Notes: generated by a model not told the origin, from the sequence alone. A DNA stretch of 64,000 bases from Xanthobacteraceae bacterium (GCA_028282095.1 JANQIP010000280.1:2962-66961); one strand, 5' to 3'; positions 40,553 to 50,894 are shown, numbered from the stretch's first letter. Program-made: numbers and translations.

Positions 40553-40988
40553 CTAATCGTTCCTTGTACTCCGCAAGGATGTCCCCATTCGGGATAATGA
40601 TGTTTCGCTTGCCGGGCATGTAGTTCTTATCCCATGCGCCACCGACGCGATGCGTAATTGCCACCAACCTGCCGGGCGTGGCCTCGGACAATTCGTCCAC
40701 TGCCTGATCAAGGATTGCGGCCTGAGGCCCCTCAGGAATGTCCGGTTCGAACCTGAAGATGTTGCCAACGGGGGATGAGCCAAACATCTTGACGTGGTGA
40801 TACAGTGTTGGATGGACAGGTCCATAATCCCAAGCTTCAAAGTGGCCTGAAACCAATGGTTTTCCTTCATGTTCACCCATGTAGAGCATGTGAGCCAAGT
40901 AGAGCATCTTTTGTAGTTCCAGATTGGACAAAGACCATCCGGAACGTTCCGCCATTCGCTTTGCTGCGGCCACCACGGAAACGGTCAT
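40527..40988 (-). CDS. Panacea-domain (DUF4065, SocA/GepA-like) protein, candidate antitoxin
   Basis: Start MTVSVVAAAKRMAE at 40988 with GGAG RBS. SNLELQKMLYLAHMLYMGEHEGKPLVSGHFEAWDYGPVHPTLYHHVK is the typical DUF4065 pattern. Confidence 0.7.
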   Translation of the reverse strand: MTVSVVAAAKRMAERSGWSLSNLELQKMLYLAHMLYMGEHEGKPLVSGHFEAWDYGPVHPTLYHHVKMFGSSPVGNIFRFEPDIPEGPQAAILDQAVDELSEATPGRLVAITHRVGGAWDKNYMPGKRNIIIPNGDILAEYKERLDAARQKTG

Positions 40989-41152
40989 TGGTGTCTCCAG
41001 GCTATTGTTCTTCTTCCGTTCATATGCACCAAGATTGAGTCGGCGCTGGGCTCTTTCAAGATCCGCTCCGGTTTTTTCGCCTTCCACGTTTCGGCAGCGC
41101 CGTACCGCGCGCCTGCAACCGGCCGCGAGAGTGCGGTGCTTCGGGTTCCTTC

Positions 41153-41200
41153 TCGCATGATCTTGTCCGAGACGTCTGCAGCTTCTTTGTCCGACATAAG
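41153..41200 (-). repeat. family-A repeat, degenerate hairpin-1 only
   Basis: gcatgatcttgtccgagacgtctgcagcttctttgtccgac. Confidence 0.5.
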
Positions 41201-41298
41201 AGCAACGCTCAAGGAGTCATGCCTCGGCTTGGTTCGAGGCGCTTGCCGCATCGCGGCAGGACCGGTACATCTCGCCTGTTCTGTCGCGAGAGCCTGTC

Positions 41299-41589
41299 AT
41301 GCTGGAACTCCTGAACTTCATTAACCTACTCCTGAACCTCTACATCTACATCTTGATCGCGGCCGCCGTTCTGAGCTGGCTGATCGCGTTCAATGTCGTC
41401 AACACCCGCCACGGCGTGGTCGCGATGATCGCCGAGTTCCTCTACCGGATCACCGAGCCGGTACTGGCGCCGATCCGGCGGATGCTCCCCAATCTCGGCG
41501 GAATCGACATTTCGCCGGTGATCGTCATCCTGATCATCGTCTTCATCCAGTCGGTCATCCTGCCGAATTTCGCCAGGGCGCTCATTTGA
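41299..41589 (+). CDS. yggT: YggT-family membrane protein
   Basis: [18 protein letters not shown]...[32 protein letters not shown]. Confidence 0.85.
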   Translation: MLELLNFINLLLNLYIYILIAAAVLSWLIAFNVVNTRHGVVAMIAEFLYRITEPVLAPIRRMLPNLGGIDISPVIVILIIVFIQSVILPNFARALI

Positions 41590-41924
41590 GACCGGGAGGC
41601 GGCGGGGGTGGGAACGCGCCATGGACGATTGCGGCTGACGGGGTGATCGTAACGGTACGCTCGATGCCACGCGGCGGGCGTGACGCGCTCGACGGGGTGC
41701 AGATCTTGGCCGACGGCCGGGCGGTATTGAAGGCGCGCGTGCGCGCGGCCACGCGCGGGGGTGAGGCGAATGCAGCGCTCGTCGGTCTTCTTACCAAGGC
41801 CATGCAGGTCGCTCCCGGTCGGATCGCCGTCGTCGCGGGGCAAAGCGCTCGGATCAAACGGGTGAAGGTCGACGGACCGGGAGCGGAGCTTGCGCGCGCT
41901 CTAGCGCACGGACGGACGGCATGA
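41586..41924 (+). CDS. DUF167 (YggU-like) protein
   Basis: [20 protein letters not shown]...[48 protein letters not shown]. Follows yggT, as is common. Confidence 0.75.
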   Translation: MRPGGGGGGNAPWTIAADGVIVTVRSMPRGGRDALDGVQILADGRAVLKARVRAATRGGEANAALVGLLTKAMQVAPGRIAVVAGQSARIKRVKVDGPGAELARALAHGRTA

Positions 41925-42805
41925 GCGCATATGTGATCGACGGGAAGGCGATCGCCGCCGAACTCGGCGGAAGAATCGCCGGCGCGGTGGAACGGCTGCG
42001 CACCGAGCATGGGATCACCCCGCATCTCGCGGTGGTCCTGGTCGGCCACGATCCCGCGAGCGAAACCTATGTACGCAACAAGACCGCCAAGACCGCCGCG
42101 GCCGGCATGCGAACGTCGCTGCACCGGTTGTCCGAGACGGTCGCCGAGAGCGACCTTGTGGCGCTGGTCACTCAGTTGAACGCCGATCCGGACATCCACG
42201 GGGTTCTGGTGCAGCTGCCGCTGCCGCCGCAGATCGATGCGCGCAACGTGGTCGCCGCGATCGCACCGGCCAAGGATGTCGACGGGTGCCATCCGCTGTC
42301 TGCGGGTCTTCTGGCGACCGGCATGCCGGGGATCAGGCCATGCACGCCGCTCGCCTGCATCAGGTTGGCGAAGACGGTCCACGCCTCTCTCGTCGGAATC
42401 GAGGCGGTCATCATCGGCCGTTCCAATCTGGTCGGAAAGCCGCTTGCCCATTTGCTGCTTGCGGAAGATGCAACGGTGACGGTGGCGCACTCCAAGACCC
42501 ATGACCTTGCGGCAGTCGCCCGGCGCGCCGACTTGCTGTTCGTTGCCGTCGGCCGGGCGGCCCTCGTCACCCGCGACTTCGTCAAGCCGGGCGCAACGGT
42601 CATCGATGTCGGCATCAGCCGTATCGCGGCCGAGGGCGGCCGCACCCGGCTCGCCGGCGACGTCGCTTTCGCGCAGGTGCAAGACATAGCCGGCGCGATC
42701 ACACCGGTGCCGGGCGGGGTGGGACCGATGACGATCGCCTGCCTGATGCTCAATACGGTGCGCGCGACCTGCACGGCGGCCGGGCTTTCGGCGCCGGAGA
42801 TCTAG
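41921..42805 (+). CDS. folD: bifunctional methylenetetrahydrofolate dehydrogenase/cyclohydrolase
   Basis: IDGKAIA...LAVVLVGHDPASETYVRNK...HGVLVQLPLP...VIGRSNLVGKPLAHLLL...PGGVGPMTIACLMLNT. Confidence 0.92.
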   Translation: MSAYVIDGKAIAAELGGRIAGAVERLRTEHGITPHLAVVLVGHDPASETYVRNKTAKTAAAGMRTSLHRLSETVAESDLVALVTQLNADPDIHGVLVQLPLPPQIDARNVVAAIAPAKDVDGCHPLSAGLLATGMPGIRPCTPLACIRLAKTVHASLVGIEAVIIGRSNLVGKPLAHLLLAEDATVTVAHSKTHDLAAVARRADLLFVAVGRAALVTRDFVKPGATVIDVGISRIAAEGGRTRLAGDVAFAQVQDIAGAITPVPGGVGPMTIACLMLNTVRATCTAAGLSAPEI

Positions 42806-42908
42806 GACAAAGCAGGTGCAAACACGCACCGAGCGGGCGGAGCCGTGCGGCGCAAAGAAACGCTGGCATGCGCGCTCGTCCCAGGGGGCACGAGCAACAC
42901 AATAAAGG

Positions 42909-43121
42909 TCAGGAGACGACCAGGTTGACCGCTTTCGGCCCCTTGCCCTTCTTGTCGGGCTCTACATCAAAGCTGATGCGCTGTCCTTCATTGAGCGTCT
43001 TCAGCCCCGCGCGTTCGACCGCGGTGATGTGCACGAACACATCGCGGCCCCCGTCGTCCGGCTTGATGAACCCGTAGCCGCGTTCGCTATTGAAAAACTT
43101 GACCGTACCGCCCATTGCCAT
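42909..43121 (-). CDS. cspA: cold-shock protein (CspA family)
   Basis: GTVKFFNSERGYGFIKPDDGGRDVFVHITAV (RNP1/RNP2 motifs). Start MAMGG at 43121. Confidence 0.9.
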   Translation of the reverse strand: MAMGGTVKFFNSERGYGFIKPDDGGRDVFVHITAVERAGLKTLNEGQRISFDVEPDKKGKGPKAVNLVVS

Positions 43122-43615
43122 CCGGACGCTCCTAATCCCCACATTCCGGCACCGCCCGCCTGCAAGGCGCAACGGCCCGGCTCACCACGACACCGCAGGA
43201 GCGTCGGCCTTCATCCGCCCGTTCTCTCCATCGGCTTCCCGCAGGGATGGAGCGCCAAAGCCCCATCAAAGACTAACATACCGAATGGACACTAAAAAGG
43301 GGCGCGCATGGCCGTAGGTCGCAACTCGGCAGCATCTTCGATGTCGCTCGGCGCCGGCATGCGCATTGCGCCACTCGCAAATATCGCGCGAAGGCAACCG
43401 CAGCATGCCGTTTGTTGCACGGATGTTCGAATGCGTCAGCGTCGATCGAAGGTCGGGCTCGCAAATTCACGATGCCGTGCGTCGCCAGTGAAGGCTCTTC
43501 CGGCTGCTTGAAGACCCAAGGCGCCCGGAGCCACCGCCGGCCGCCTCAAAGCGTCTTTGAGCCCGTCGTTGCACCGCCTGCTCCGGTCCCCGCCCGTCCG
43601 ATCGGCGCCGAATTT

Positions 43616-44470
43616 CTAGTCTTCTCCTGCCGCTCCGCCTTCTGACAATCCGTCACTTGCCGATCTGCTACTTGCTCGCTCATCGTGTGCCGGCTCACCG
43701 CGCACCGGCTGATCGCGTGCCGGCCCGCCGCGCACCGGCGGCATGGCGAGGCGCTGGCGCCGGCAGGTCCGGCGATCGACTTCCAAGCAGGCTCGAAACC
43801 GGAAATCCCGGCTAAGGCAGATCCGGACCTCGCGCAGACGGGTCCTGTCGCATCGCACGGCGATGCCGTCCGCCGAAAGGCCGGGATTTGCTTTGATGAA
43901 AGCCCTTTCCACCTCTCCCGGGGTCACGGTGAGCGCCGTCGTCAGCTCGATATAGTCGGGTGGAATCTTGACCAATGCACGGGCCTTGCGCACGGCCTGG
44001 AAATAGCGGCGGGCGGAAAGCCCGGAGCAGACTCCGTGACGGTCCCACTGGTGGTAGACGAGCCGCCGGCTCGGCATCAGATCGAGCATAGCAGCGACAA
44101 TCCTGCGGTTGAGGCGCGGGGCCGGCACCTGGCAGTATTCCGGGAATCCCTTCACATATTGCGGCCAAAGGCCGTGGACGATGAAGGAATAGGGTCGCGT
44201 ACCGCTGCATTGCAGGTTGCCGCGGCGGCGTCGTTCCGGCCGATCGGACGCTTGTTGGCCCCGGCGGGCTGCGCGTTCTGCCGTCGCTGCGCAATAGGAC
44301 GGAGACCAGGACAGCGCGAGGACATAGAAATCAAATTCGCCCGGCGCGTTCTGCCGCCCGTCCTGCGCCGCCGCCTCGCTTACTCCGACGACAAAAAAAC
44401 CGAGCCAAGCGGCCAACACCGCTGCAATAAACGGGCGAACCATTGATTTTCCCACCTGCGATACAATCAC
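43616..44470 (-). CDS. ribonuclease T2-family protein with signal peptide
   Basis: FDFYVLALSWSPSYC, FIVHGLWPQ (CAS I) and YHQWDRHGVCSG (CAS II). The start may be the internal MVRPFIAAVLAAW at 44443. Confidence 0.8.
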   Translation of the reverse strand: MIVSQVGKSMVRPFIAAVLAAWLGFFVVGVSEAAAQDGRQNAPGEFDFYVLALSWSPSYCAATAERAARRGQQASDRPERRRRGNLQCSGTRPYSFIVHGLWPQYVKGFPEYCQVPAPRLNRRIVAAMLDLMPSRRLVYHQWDRHGVCSGLSARRYFQAVRKARALVKIPPDYIELTTALTVTPGEVERAFIKANPGLSADGIAVRCDRTRLREVRICLSRDFRFRACLEVDRRTCRRQRLAMPPVRGGPARDQPVRGEPAHDERASSRSASDGLSEGGAAGED

Positions 44471-44539
44471 AACAACAATAACTCAGGAGCGTGAACATTT
44501 AAAGAACAAAGACGCGGCAACAAGCGCGGCCAGTGATCT

Positions 44540-46045
44540 TCATTGCGGGCGCAACATTCCCCAACCGACCCGCAGGAGCGGCATGCGGCCCTGAATGTCA
44601 TAGGTGAAGGCGCGCGGCACTTCCGGCACCAGGTCGGGATAGCGCGCCTTGATCTCGGGCGGCGGCGCGCCGGACGCGTTGGTTGCCCGCCACACGATGA
44701 TGCCGCCTTTACGACGCAGATCATCGGCGTTCACCCAGGGGCTGCGCTCCGGCGTGCTGTCGAAAAACAGGCTCGGCCGTGCCGGCGCGCCGAGCGCAAC
44801 AAGCGCCGCAAGGCGCGGGTCGCCGGTCACGATCGGCAGCGGCTTGCCGGTGCGCCGCGCGAAGGTCTCGCCGAAGAAGCGCCCGATCGCCTTGGCCGGC
44901 TGCGCGGTCTGCATCGGCGTGCTGACGACGAAGGGCATGGTCGCAAGCCGTACCGCCGCGAAAACGGGTGGTGCCAGCAGCAACACACTCCAGGCGAGAG
45001 CCACGAGCCACTGTCGGTGCAATTCGATCGTCGTTCCCGCAAGCACGATGATGGCGAGCCCTGAGAGCACGACATTGGGGCTCATGCCGCCGATGGGCTG
45101 GCCCTCGCCCAGCGAGGCTCCGAGGATCGTCGCCGTCAGCGGCAGGGCGATAGCGAAAAACAGGACAAACCGCCGCTCGAACGAGCTGAGTAGGGGACGT
45201 CGAAAGACCGGAACCTTCTCTCGGGCAGTGCTCCCCCAGCCAAGCGCGAGCGCGACCAGCACCAGTGCGCCGGCATGGACGAGCGCAAGCGCCGCGAGTT
45301 GACGCCCCCATAGCGCGAATGGACTCGCGCCGGCGCGGACGGTGCTCAACCGGTCGGACCAGATCTTGCCCATGCCCGAGACGTCGACCCAGAGCAGGTG
45401 AGGAAACACGATCACCATCATCAGAATGGCTGCGATCCAGGGCTCGACCGTGAGCAGCATCGTCCGCCCGCGCCGGGTCGCGATGGTGAACACGGCCATC
45501 GTGGTGAACAGGATGATGCCGCCATGGGTGGTCAGCATGAGCAGGCCAAGATCGACCGCCAATAGGTACCAGTAGCTGCGCCGGCTTTCCCCGATCGCGC
45601 GCCAGAAATGCAGCAAAGCGAGCGCGGTGAGCGGCATCGCCAGAATAGGTGAGCCGAAATTCGGTGTCGGCAGCGCGAAGGAGGCGATGCCGACCATGAG
45701 AAGCACGGCCATCGCCGCCTGCTGCGCACCGACGATCGCTTCACCAAGGCGGAACACCGCCAAATAGGTGACGACGACGCAGGCTTGAGCGAGCAGATAG
45801 ACGCCCGGCATGCCGGCGATGACAAAGGCGATGTCGGCGAGCCAGCCGGCGAGCGGCGGTCCCCAATAGGAACCGAGATTGAACTCATGTCCGACGGCGA
45901 TGGTGATCGGCAGATTGCCGGGCGGGGCGGAGTAGAACAGCACCGGCACAAGCCACCACAGCGCGGCCTGCGCGAGCGCGGCCCCCCACACCATAGCGCG
46001 CGGGTGCGAACGCAGGAGCTCGACGAATAGGGCGACGTGGAGCAT
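44540..46045 (-). CDS. polytopic membrane protein, GT39/ArnT-like glycosyltransferase candidate
   Basis: 501 aa with many TM helices in the N-terminal two thirds and a soluble C-terminal domain. Confidence 0.55.
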   Translation of the reverse strand: MLHVALFVELLRSHPRAMVWGAALAQAALWWLVPVLFYSAPPGNLPITIAVGHEFNLGSYWGPPLAGWLADIAFVIAGMPGVYLLAQACVVVTYLAVFRLGEAIVGAQQAAMAVLLMVGIASFALPTPNFGSPILAMPLTALALLHFWRAIGESRRSYWYLLAVDLGLLMLTTHGGIILFTTMAVFTIATRRGRTMLLTVEPWIAAILMMVIVFPHLLWVDVSGMGKIWSDRLSTVRAGASPFALWGRQLAALALVHAGALVLVALALGWGSTAREKVPVFRRPLLSSFERRFVLFFAIALPLTATILGASLGEGQPIGGMSPNVVLSGLAIIVLAGTTIELHRQWLVALAWSVLLLAPPVFAAVRLATMPFVVSTPMQTAQPAKAIGRFFGETFARRTGKPLPIVTGDPRLAALVALGAPARPSLFFDSTPERSPWVNADDLRRKGGIIVWRATNASGAPPPEIKARYPDLVPEVPRAFTYDIQGRMPLLRVGWGMLRPQ

Positions 46046-46183
46046 CGGCGGAGTGGTTCCAGGCGGGTCGCTCGTGCCGCGGCACGGCGCCGGGCAGGGT
46101 CTTCTGTTTTGGACCCGGAAGCAATGACGGGATCACCGACTTATAGAAACATTTTCCGGCGAACCCATTCCTCGGGTTGGGTC

Positions 46184-46238
46184 CTAGTGATGCGGCACCA
46201 ACGCTTGGGCTCGTCTCATTGTGTTAGTGCCGCATTAC
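46184..46238 (+). repeat. family-B repeat, hairpin-1 only (abuts family-A copy)
   Basis: ctagtgatgcggcaccaacgcttgggctcgtctcattgtgttagtgccgcattac. Confidence 0.85.
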
Positions 46239-46339
46239 AGAGCATGATTGCTTCAGGTTGAATCAATCACGCTCTCTTTCTCTTTCTTTGGTCGCATAAT
46301 CGTACCCGTAAAAGTCTGCAACTTTTCGGGATCATGCTC
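46239..46339 (-). repeat. family-A intergenic repeat (about 100 bp, two hairpins + purine-rich spacer)
   Basis: ...gctctctttctctttctttggtcgcataatcgtacccgtaaaagtctgcaacttttcgggatcatgctc. Confidence 0.85.
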
Positions 46340-46382
46340 GAGGTAGGAACCGGTTCGCCGGCGGAACATTCATTGACCTAGC

Positions 46383-46476
46383 GCGCGATCGCTTCAGACC
46401 GAACAATCGCGCTCTCTTTGTCTTTGTTTTTTCGCATAATCCTATGCGAAACATCTGCAATTTTTCGGGATCGCGC
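46383..46476 (-). repeat. family-A repeat
   Basis: cgcgatcgcttcagaccgaacaatcgcgctctctttgtctttg...ctgcaatttttcgggatcgcg. Confidence 0.8.
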
Positions 46477-46544
46477 GTCAGAAAACAGAACGAATTTGTC
46501 GCGATGGAAACGGAACTCGCCGGTCTTGGGTCCGATCGCCGGAC

Positions 46545-47327
46545 TCAAACCGTACGGGCCCGTCGAAGCGGCAAGCCCTTTCCGGTTGCCGCTTCCATCG
46601 ACGCATCGTTTGACCCGTTCCGTCCGGCCTCGAGCGGCAGCACGCCGTCGGCGGCATCCGGCGCGTTTCCGCAGGCCAGCGCGACAGGGGCGAAGGATCG
46701 GCGATGATGGATGGTGGGCCCCAGCCGTGAGAGCGCCGCAGCGTGCTCGGGAACGCTATAGCCCATGTGCCGCTCGAAGCCGTAGCCCGGATGGGCCGCT
46801 CCGACCTGCGCCATCAGCCGGTCGCGTGCGACCTTGGCGATGATGGAGGCCGCCGCAATCGAGAGCACCAGCGCATCGCCGGTGATCACCGCCACGCAAT
46901 CGCAGCCGGCCTCGATGCGGTCGCTGCCGTCGACGAAGACGAGCTGCGGCACCGTCGGCAGCGCCTTCACCGCCCGCGCGAGCGCCCACAGCGAAGCCTG
47001 CCGGATATTGTCGCGATCAATGCGTTCACGCGAGGCGACGGCGATACCGACTTCGGCACTGGCGCAGATGCGCGCGTAAAGGACTTCACGCCGCACCGCC
47101 GTGAGTTTTTTTGAGTCGTCGAGCCCGCGCGGGATGCGCTTGGGGTCGAGAATCACCGCTGCAGCGACCACGGGACCGGCGAGCGGGCCACGGCCTGCCT
47201 CGTCGCAGCCGGCGACCGGCCACAGGCCGCGCCTGAGCGCGGCGCGCTCGCGCTTGAAGGTCGGCCGCACCGGCTCCTCCCCAAGCGGCAGGCGCGGCGC
47301 GGCGGCTTTGGCAGGCTTGCGACCCAT
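46545..47327 (-). CDS. rnhB: ribonuclease HII
   Basis: Start [11 protein letters not shown] at 47327 with [33 protein letters not shown]...DSKKLT...DGS.... Confidence 0.9.
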   Translation of the reverse strand: MGRKPAKAAAPRLPLGEEPVRPTFKRERAALRRGLWPVAGCDEAGRGPLAGPVVAAAVILDPKRIPRGLDDSKKLTAVRREVLYARICASAEVGIAVASRERIDRDNIRQASLWALARAVKALPTVPQLVFVDGSDRIEAGCDCVAVITGDALVLSIAAASIIAKVARDRLMAQVGAAHPGYGFERHMGYSVPEHAAALSRLGPTIHHRRSFAPVALACGNAPDAADGVLPLEAGRNGSNDASMEAATGKGLPLRRARTV

Positions 47328-47741
47328 CGCCTCCTCACGACAAGGATTCTGCCTATAGCGCGAAGCAGGCGACGCGATCCACCCCACGAGCGGAATCAGA
47401 CTTGCAAATTCTATCACTGCCACGAGCGGTTTCAGAGCGACGGCGATCCTGATATTGTCTTCGCTCGTTCTTCTCATGTATTGGCGGCAACGAACCGACC
47501 TCATACTTCCAACAAAGAAGAACGGAGTGCAAAAATGATCTGGGGAAAAAAGGCACGGCTTCTGAACGCTTGTCTCTCCCCGATGAGCTTGTGATCGTTA
47601 CACGAGAATTGCCCGGCAACGTGATCACTCGCAGCTTACGGTCCGACGTCTTTCAGGATGCGCTTCGCGCGGCAGAGACCGTCTTGAGGGCGCAGAAACG
47701 TTCGGCTCGCGCCGCCGCCGCCGAGGAAGAGTGCTCTAAGC

Positions 47742-48890
47742 TTAGAAAAGGCTCAGCTGTTCCGGCTGCGGATGGGGCGGTCGGAAATGCGCGGTCGTAA
47801 GCTCGGTCTTGTGCTTGTTGAGGCCCAGTCTTGTACAAGCGGTCTCGAACCGTCGGCCGAGCATCCACGCATAGGGGCCGCTTCCGCTCATGCGTTTGCC
47901 GAAGCGGGAGTCATAGTCCTTGCCGCCACGCATCTGGCGGATGAGCGCGAACACGTGTTGCTCGCGATCGGGGAAGTTGGCGGCGAGCCATTCGCGGAAC
48001 AGGTCGCGCAATTCGAGCGGCAGGCGCAACAGCACATAGCCGGCGCCTTCGACGCCCGCTGCGGCGGCGGCATCGAGAATGCGTTCGATCTCGGCGTCGT
48101 TGATCGCCGGGATCACCGGCGCGACCATGACCGAAGTGGGCACGCCGGCGGCGGAAAGGCCGCGGAGCGCTGCCAGTCGGCGCGGCGGCGTGGGGGCGCG
48201 TGGCTCCATCACGCGGGCGAGCTTTGCATCGAGCGTCGTGACCGAGATAGCGACGCGCACGAGCGCGCGGCTCGCCATGCGCGCAAGGATGTCGAGGTCG
48301 CGCAGGATCAAATCCGACTTGGTGACGATGCCCACCGGGTGGTTCGCTCTGTCCAGCACCTGAAGAATGCGGCGCATCAGCTCATAGCGGCGTTCGATCG
48401 GCTGATAGGGGTCGGTGTTGGTTCCGATCGCGATCGTGCGCGGGACGTAGGTCCGCGCCGATATTTCGCGTTCGAGCAGCTCCGCCGCCTCCGGCTTGAC
48501 GAAGAGCTTCGACTCGAAATCGAGGCCGGGCGACAGCCCGAGATAGGCATGGGTCGGTCGTGCAAAACAGTAGACACAGCCATGTTCGCAACCGCGATAG
48601 GGGTTGATCGAACGGTCGAAGGAAATGTCCGGGGAATCGTTGCGCGTGATGACCTTGCGGGCGGTGTCGGTCGTCACGGTGGTCGCAAACGGCGGCAGGT
48701 CTTCGAGGCTCTGCCAGCCATCGTCGAACGCGATGCGGGCGACCGGCTCGTAACGGCCGCTCGCATTTGACAGGGCGCCGCGTCCGCGTCGGCGCTTCGC
48801 CTCGACCGCGGTTCCGCGCAAAGCGTCCGGCGCCGCCGGTGCTGGCTCCGGCGGCAGACGGCGGGCCGTTGCGGACGAGGAACGAGTCAT
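47742..48890 (-). CDS. radical SAM protein (PA0069-like family)
   Basis: GRGALSNASGRYE...INPYRGCEHGCVYCFARPTH (CxxxCxxC). Confidence 0.8.
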   Translation of the reverse strand: MTRSSSATARRLPPEPAPAAPDALRGTAVEAKRRRGRGALSNASGRYEPVARIAFDDGWQSLEDLPPFATTVTTDTARKVITRNDSPDISFDRSINPYRGCEHGCVYCFARPTHAYLGLSPGLDFESKLFVKPEAAELLEREISARTYVPRTIAIGTNTDPYQPIERRYELMRRILQVLDRANHPVGIVTKSDLILRDLDILARMASRALVRVAISVTTLDAKLARVMEPRAPTPPRRLAALRGLSAAGVPTSVMVAPVIPAINDAEIERILDAAAAAGVEGAGYVLLRLPLELRDLFREWLAANFPDREQHVFALIRQMRGGKDYDSRFGKRMSGSGPYAWMLGRRFETACTRLGLNKHKTELTTAHFRPPHPQPEQLSLF

Positions 48891-48960
48891 GCCCTTTAGC
48901 TAACACGAGATGCGAACATATAAAGAACAAAAAAGCGTGAGCCGGAATGGTTGACATCCG

Positions 48961-49017
48961 TCACCAACACGATGAGACGAGCTCAAGCGTTGGTGCCGCC
49001 GCATCACAGGGCGCGAC
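48961..49017 (-). repeat. family-B repeat, hairpin-1 (inverted, partial)
   Basis: tcaccaacacgatgagacgagctcaagcgttggtgccgccgcatcac. Confidence 0.8.
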
Positions 49018-49065
49018 TTGCCCATTCCCGTGCAATCAGCACAAACCTGGGTCACAGATCAGCCC

Positions 49066-49188
49066 CTAGTGATGCGGCACCAACGCTTGAGCCCGTCTCA
49101 TTGTGTTGGTGCCGCATCACAAAGTAACAGATTAGCTAGTGTTCCGGGCTGACGGTCCGGGATCGGACCGTCAGAGTCGGAACACTAG
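49066..49188 (+). repeat. family-B repeat, full
   Basis: ctagtgatgcggcaccaacgcttgagcccgtctcattgtgttggtgccgcatcacaaagtaacagattagctagtgttcc...ggaacactag. Confidence 0.9.
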
Positions 49189-49200
49189 GAGCGACCGACA

Positions 49201-49782
49201 ATGTTGAGCGTCGTCATCCCGACCCGCGATTGCGATCGTGTGCTTGTGCGCACGCTCGCAGCATTGGTCGATGGCTCTGTCCGCGGCCTTGTGCGCGATG
49301 TGGTGATCGCCGACGGTGGCTCGAGCGATGAGACGCTTGAAGTTGCCGAAATCGCCGGTTGCGACCCCCTCGTCTCAAATGCGCCGCTCGCTGCGCGATT
49401 GCGCGAAGCGGCGGCCGCGGCGCGCGGCGGGTGGCTATTGTTCCTGCGGCCGGGAAGCGTGCTGGAACCGGGCTGGGTGGATGCGGCTGCCCGCTTCATC
49501 GAGCAAACGGATGGGCTTTCTGCCGAAGCATCCGGTGCGGTTTTCCGCAATGCCCGGGTGCCTGGCCAGCCATTCTTCGCCGAGCTCGCAGCGCTCGTGA
49601 AGTCGGCCCTTGCCGAGCGGGCGCACCCACAGCAGGGCCTGATCATCAGCCGTGCCGCCTATGACCGGCTCGGTGGCCATCGCGACGGCGTTGCCGATCC
49701 CGAGGCCGACCTGCTGCGCCGGCTTGGCCGGCGCCGGCTCATTGTGTTGAGCAGCGCGGTCACGCAGCTCGAACATGCTTGA
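49201..49782 (+). CDS. family 2 glycosyltransferase-like protein
   Basis: MLSVVIPTRDCDRVL...VVIADGGSSDET...WLLFLRPGSVLEPGW. Confidence 0.7.
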   Translation: MLSVVIPTRDCDRVLVRTLAALVDGSVRGLVRDVVIADGGSSDETLEVAEIAGCDPLVSNAPLAARLREAAAAARGGWLLFLRPGSVLEPGWVDAAARFIEQTDGLSAEASGAVFRNARVPGQPFFAELAALVKSALAERAHPQQGLIISRAAYDRLGGHRDGVADPEADLLRRLGRRRLIVLSSAVTQLEHA

Positions 49783-49850
49783 GCTGCTAGATCGTTGACT
49801 CACGCAACAGATTGCGTGACTTTGTCATCGACTAGCTTCCGAAGGAACCG

Positions 49851-50780
49851 ATGACGCAGCCCGATATCGCGGCGCGCGTGACCGCCGTGCGCCGCTTCAA
49901 TCGCTTCTACACCCATCGAATCGGCCTCTTGAAGGACGGGCTGTTCGACACCGGCTTTTCGCTGAGCGAGGCACGTGTGCTCCACGAACTCGCCCACACG
50001 CCGGAGCTGACCGCAACCGCGATCGCCGCAACGCTCGGTCTCGATGCCGGCTATCTCAGCCGCATTCTGCGCGGTCTTGCGAAAGCGGGCCTGATCACCC
50101 GCAAGATCTCGCCACGCGACCGGCGACAGACTTTCCTCGCGCTCAGCGCAAAGGGCCGCGCCGCCTTCAAGACGCTCGACCGCGGCTCCCAGCAGTTGAT
50201 CGCGGCCATGCTGAAAACCCTTCCCGAACCGCGCCAGCGGCGCGTGATCGAAGCCATGCGCACCATCGAAACGGCGCTCGATCCGCAGGAAGCGCCCGCG
50301 CCGGTCGTCACGATACGTCCGCACCGGATCGGTGATCTGGGCTGGGTCATGTCGAGCCACGCGACGCGATATGGCGAGGAATATGGTTGGCGCGGCAACT
50401 TCGAGACCCTGATCGCCGAGATCATCGTCCAAGTGCTACGTGAGTTCGATCCCGCGCGCGAGCGCGGCTGGATTGCCGAGATGGACGGCGAGCCGGTCGG
50501 GTCGATATTCGTGGTCAATGCCGGTGAGGATATCGCCAGGCTGCGCCTGCTAATGATCGAGCCGCATGCGCGCGGCCTCGGTCTCGGCCGTCGCCTTGTG
50601 GACGAGTGCATTCGCTTCGCACGCGAGGCCCGCTATCGTCGCATCACGCTGTTTACGCATAGCGTGCTCACCGTCGCGCGGGCGCTCTATCTGAGCGCTG
50701 GCTTCCGTCTGGTGCGAGAGGAACCGTACCGCAGCTTCGGCCACGATCTCATCGGCGAGACCTGGGACCTCGATCTTTGA
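49851..50780 (+). CDS. MarR-family HTH fused to GNAT acetyltransferase
   Basis: N-terminus FSLSEARVLHELAHTPELTATAIAATLGLDAGYLSRILRGL. C-terminus LMIEPHARGLGLGRRLVDECIRFAR (acetyl-CoA binding motif). Confidence 0.8.
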   Translation: MTQPDIAARVTAVRRFNRFYTHRIGLLKDGLFDTGFSLSEARVLHELAHTPELTATAIAATLGLDAGYLSRILRGLAKAGLITRKISPRDRRQTFLALSAKGRAAFKTLDRGSQQLIAAMLKTLPEPRQRRVIEAMRTIETALDPQEAPAPVVTIRPHRIGDLGWVMSSHATRYGEEYGWRGNFETLIAEIIVQVLREFDPARERGWIAEMDGEPVGSIFVVNAGEDIARLRLLMIEPHARGLGLGRRLVDECIRFAREARYRRITLFTHSVLTVARALYLSAGFRLVREEPYRSFGHDLIGETWDLDL

Positions 50781-50782
50781 AG

Positions 50783-50876
50783 TATGCCTGCGAAAAGCTG
50801 GCAGGCTTTGCGGACAAGATCATGCAACAAACAAACAGAAAGAGAGCGCGGCTGATTCAAGCTGAAGCCATCGCGG
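50783..50876 (+). repeat. family-A repeat
   Basis: tgcctgcgaaaagctggcaggctttgcggacaagatcatgcaacaaacaaacagaaagagagcgcggctgattc.... Confidence 0.8.
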
Positions 50877-50894
50877 TTTCGGCGTTGCGCTTGA

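Noticed and set aside
40985-41251. 88-aa ORF upstream of the Panacea gene with an ATGA overlap (possible third gene of the module)
   Set aside because: Much of it is the translation of a degenerate family-A repeat (..SDKIMREG..). Composition is poor, so it is kept only as a remote possibility.
40104-41298. tRNA-adjacent islet as an integrase-mediated genomic island
   Set aside because: No integrase gene and no direct repeat of the tRNA 3' end were seen. The islet lies on the 5' side of the tRNA. It is treated only as a small low-GC insertion.
47570-47800. TTG-initiated 76-aa ORF in the rnhB/radical-SAM spacer
   Set aside because: It has no RBS and overlaps the 3' end of the radical SAM gene on the opposite strand. 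No recognisable motif, so a real small protein cannot be excluded.
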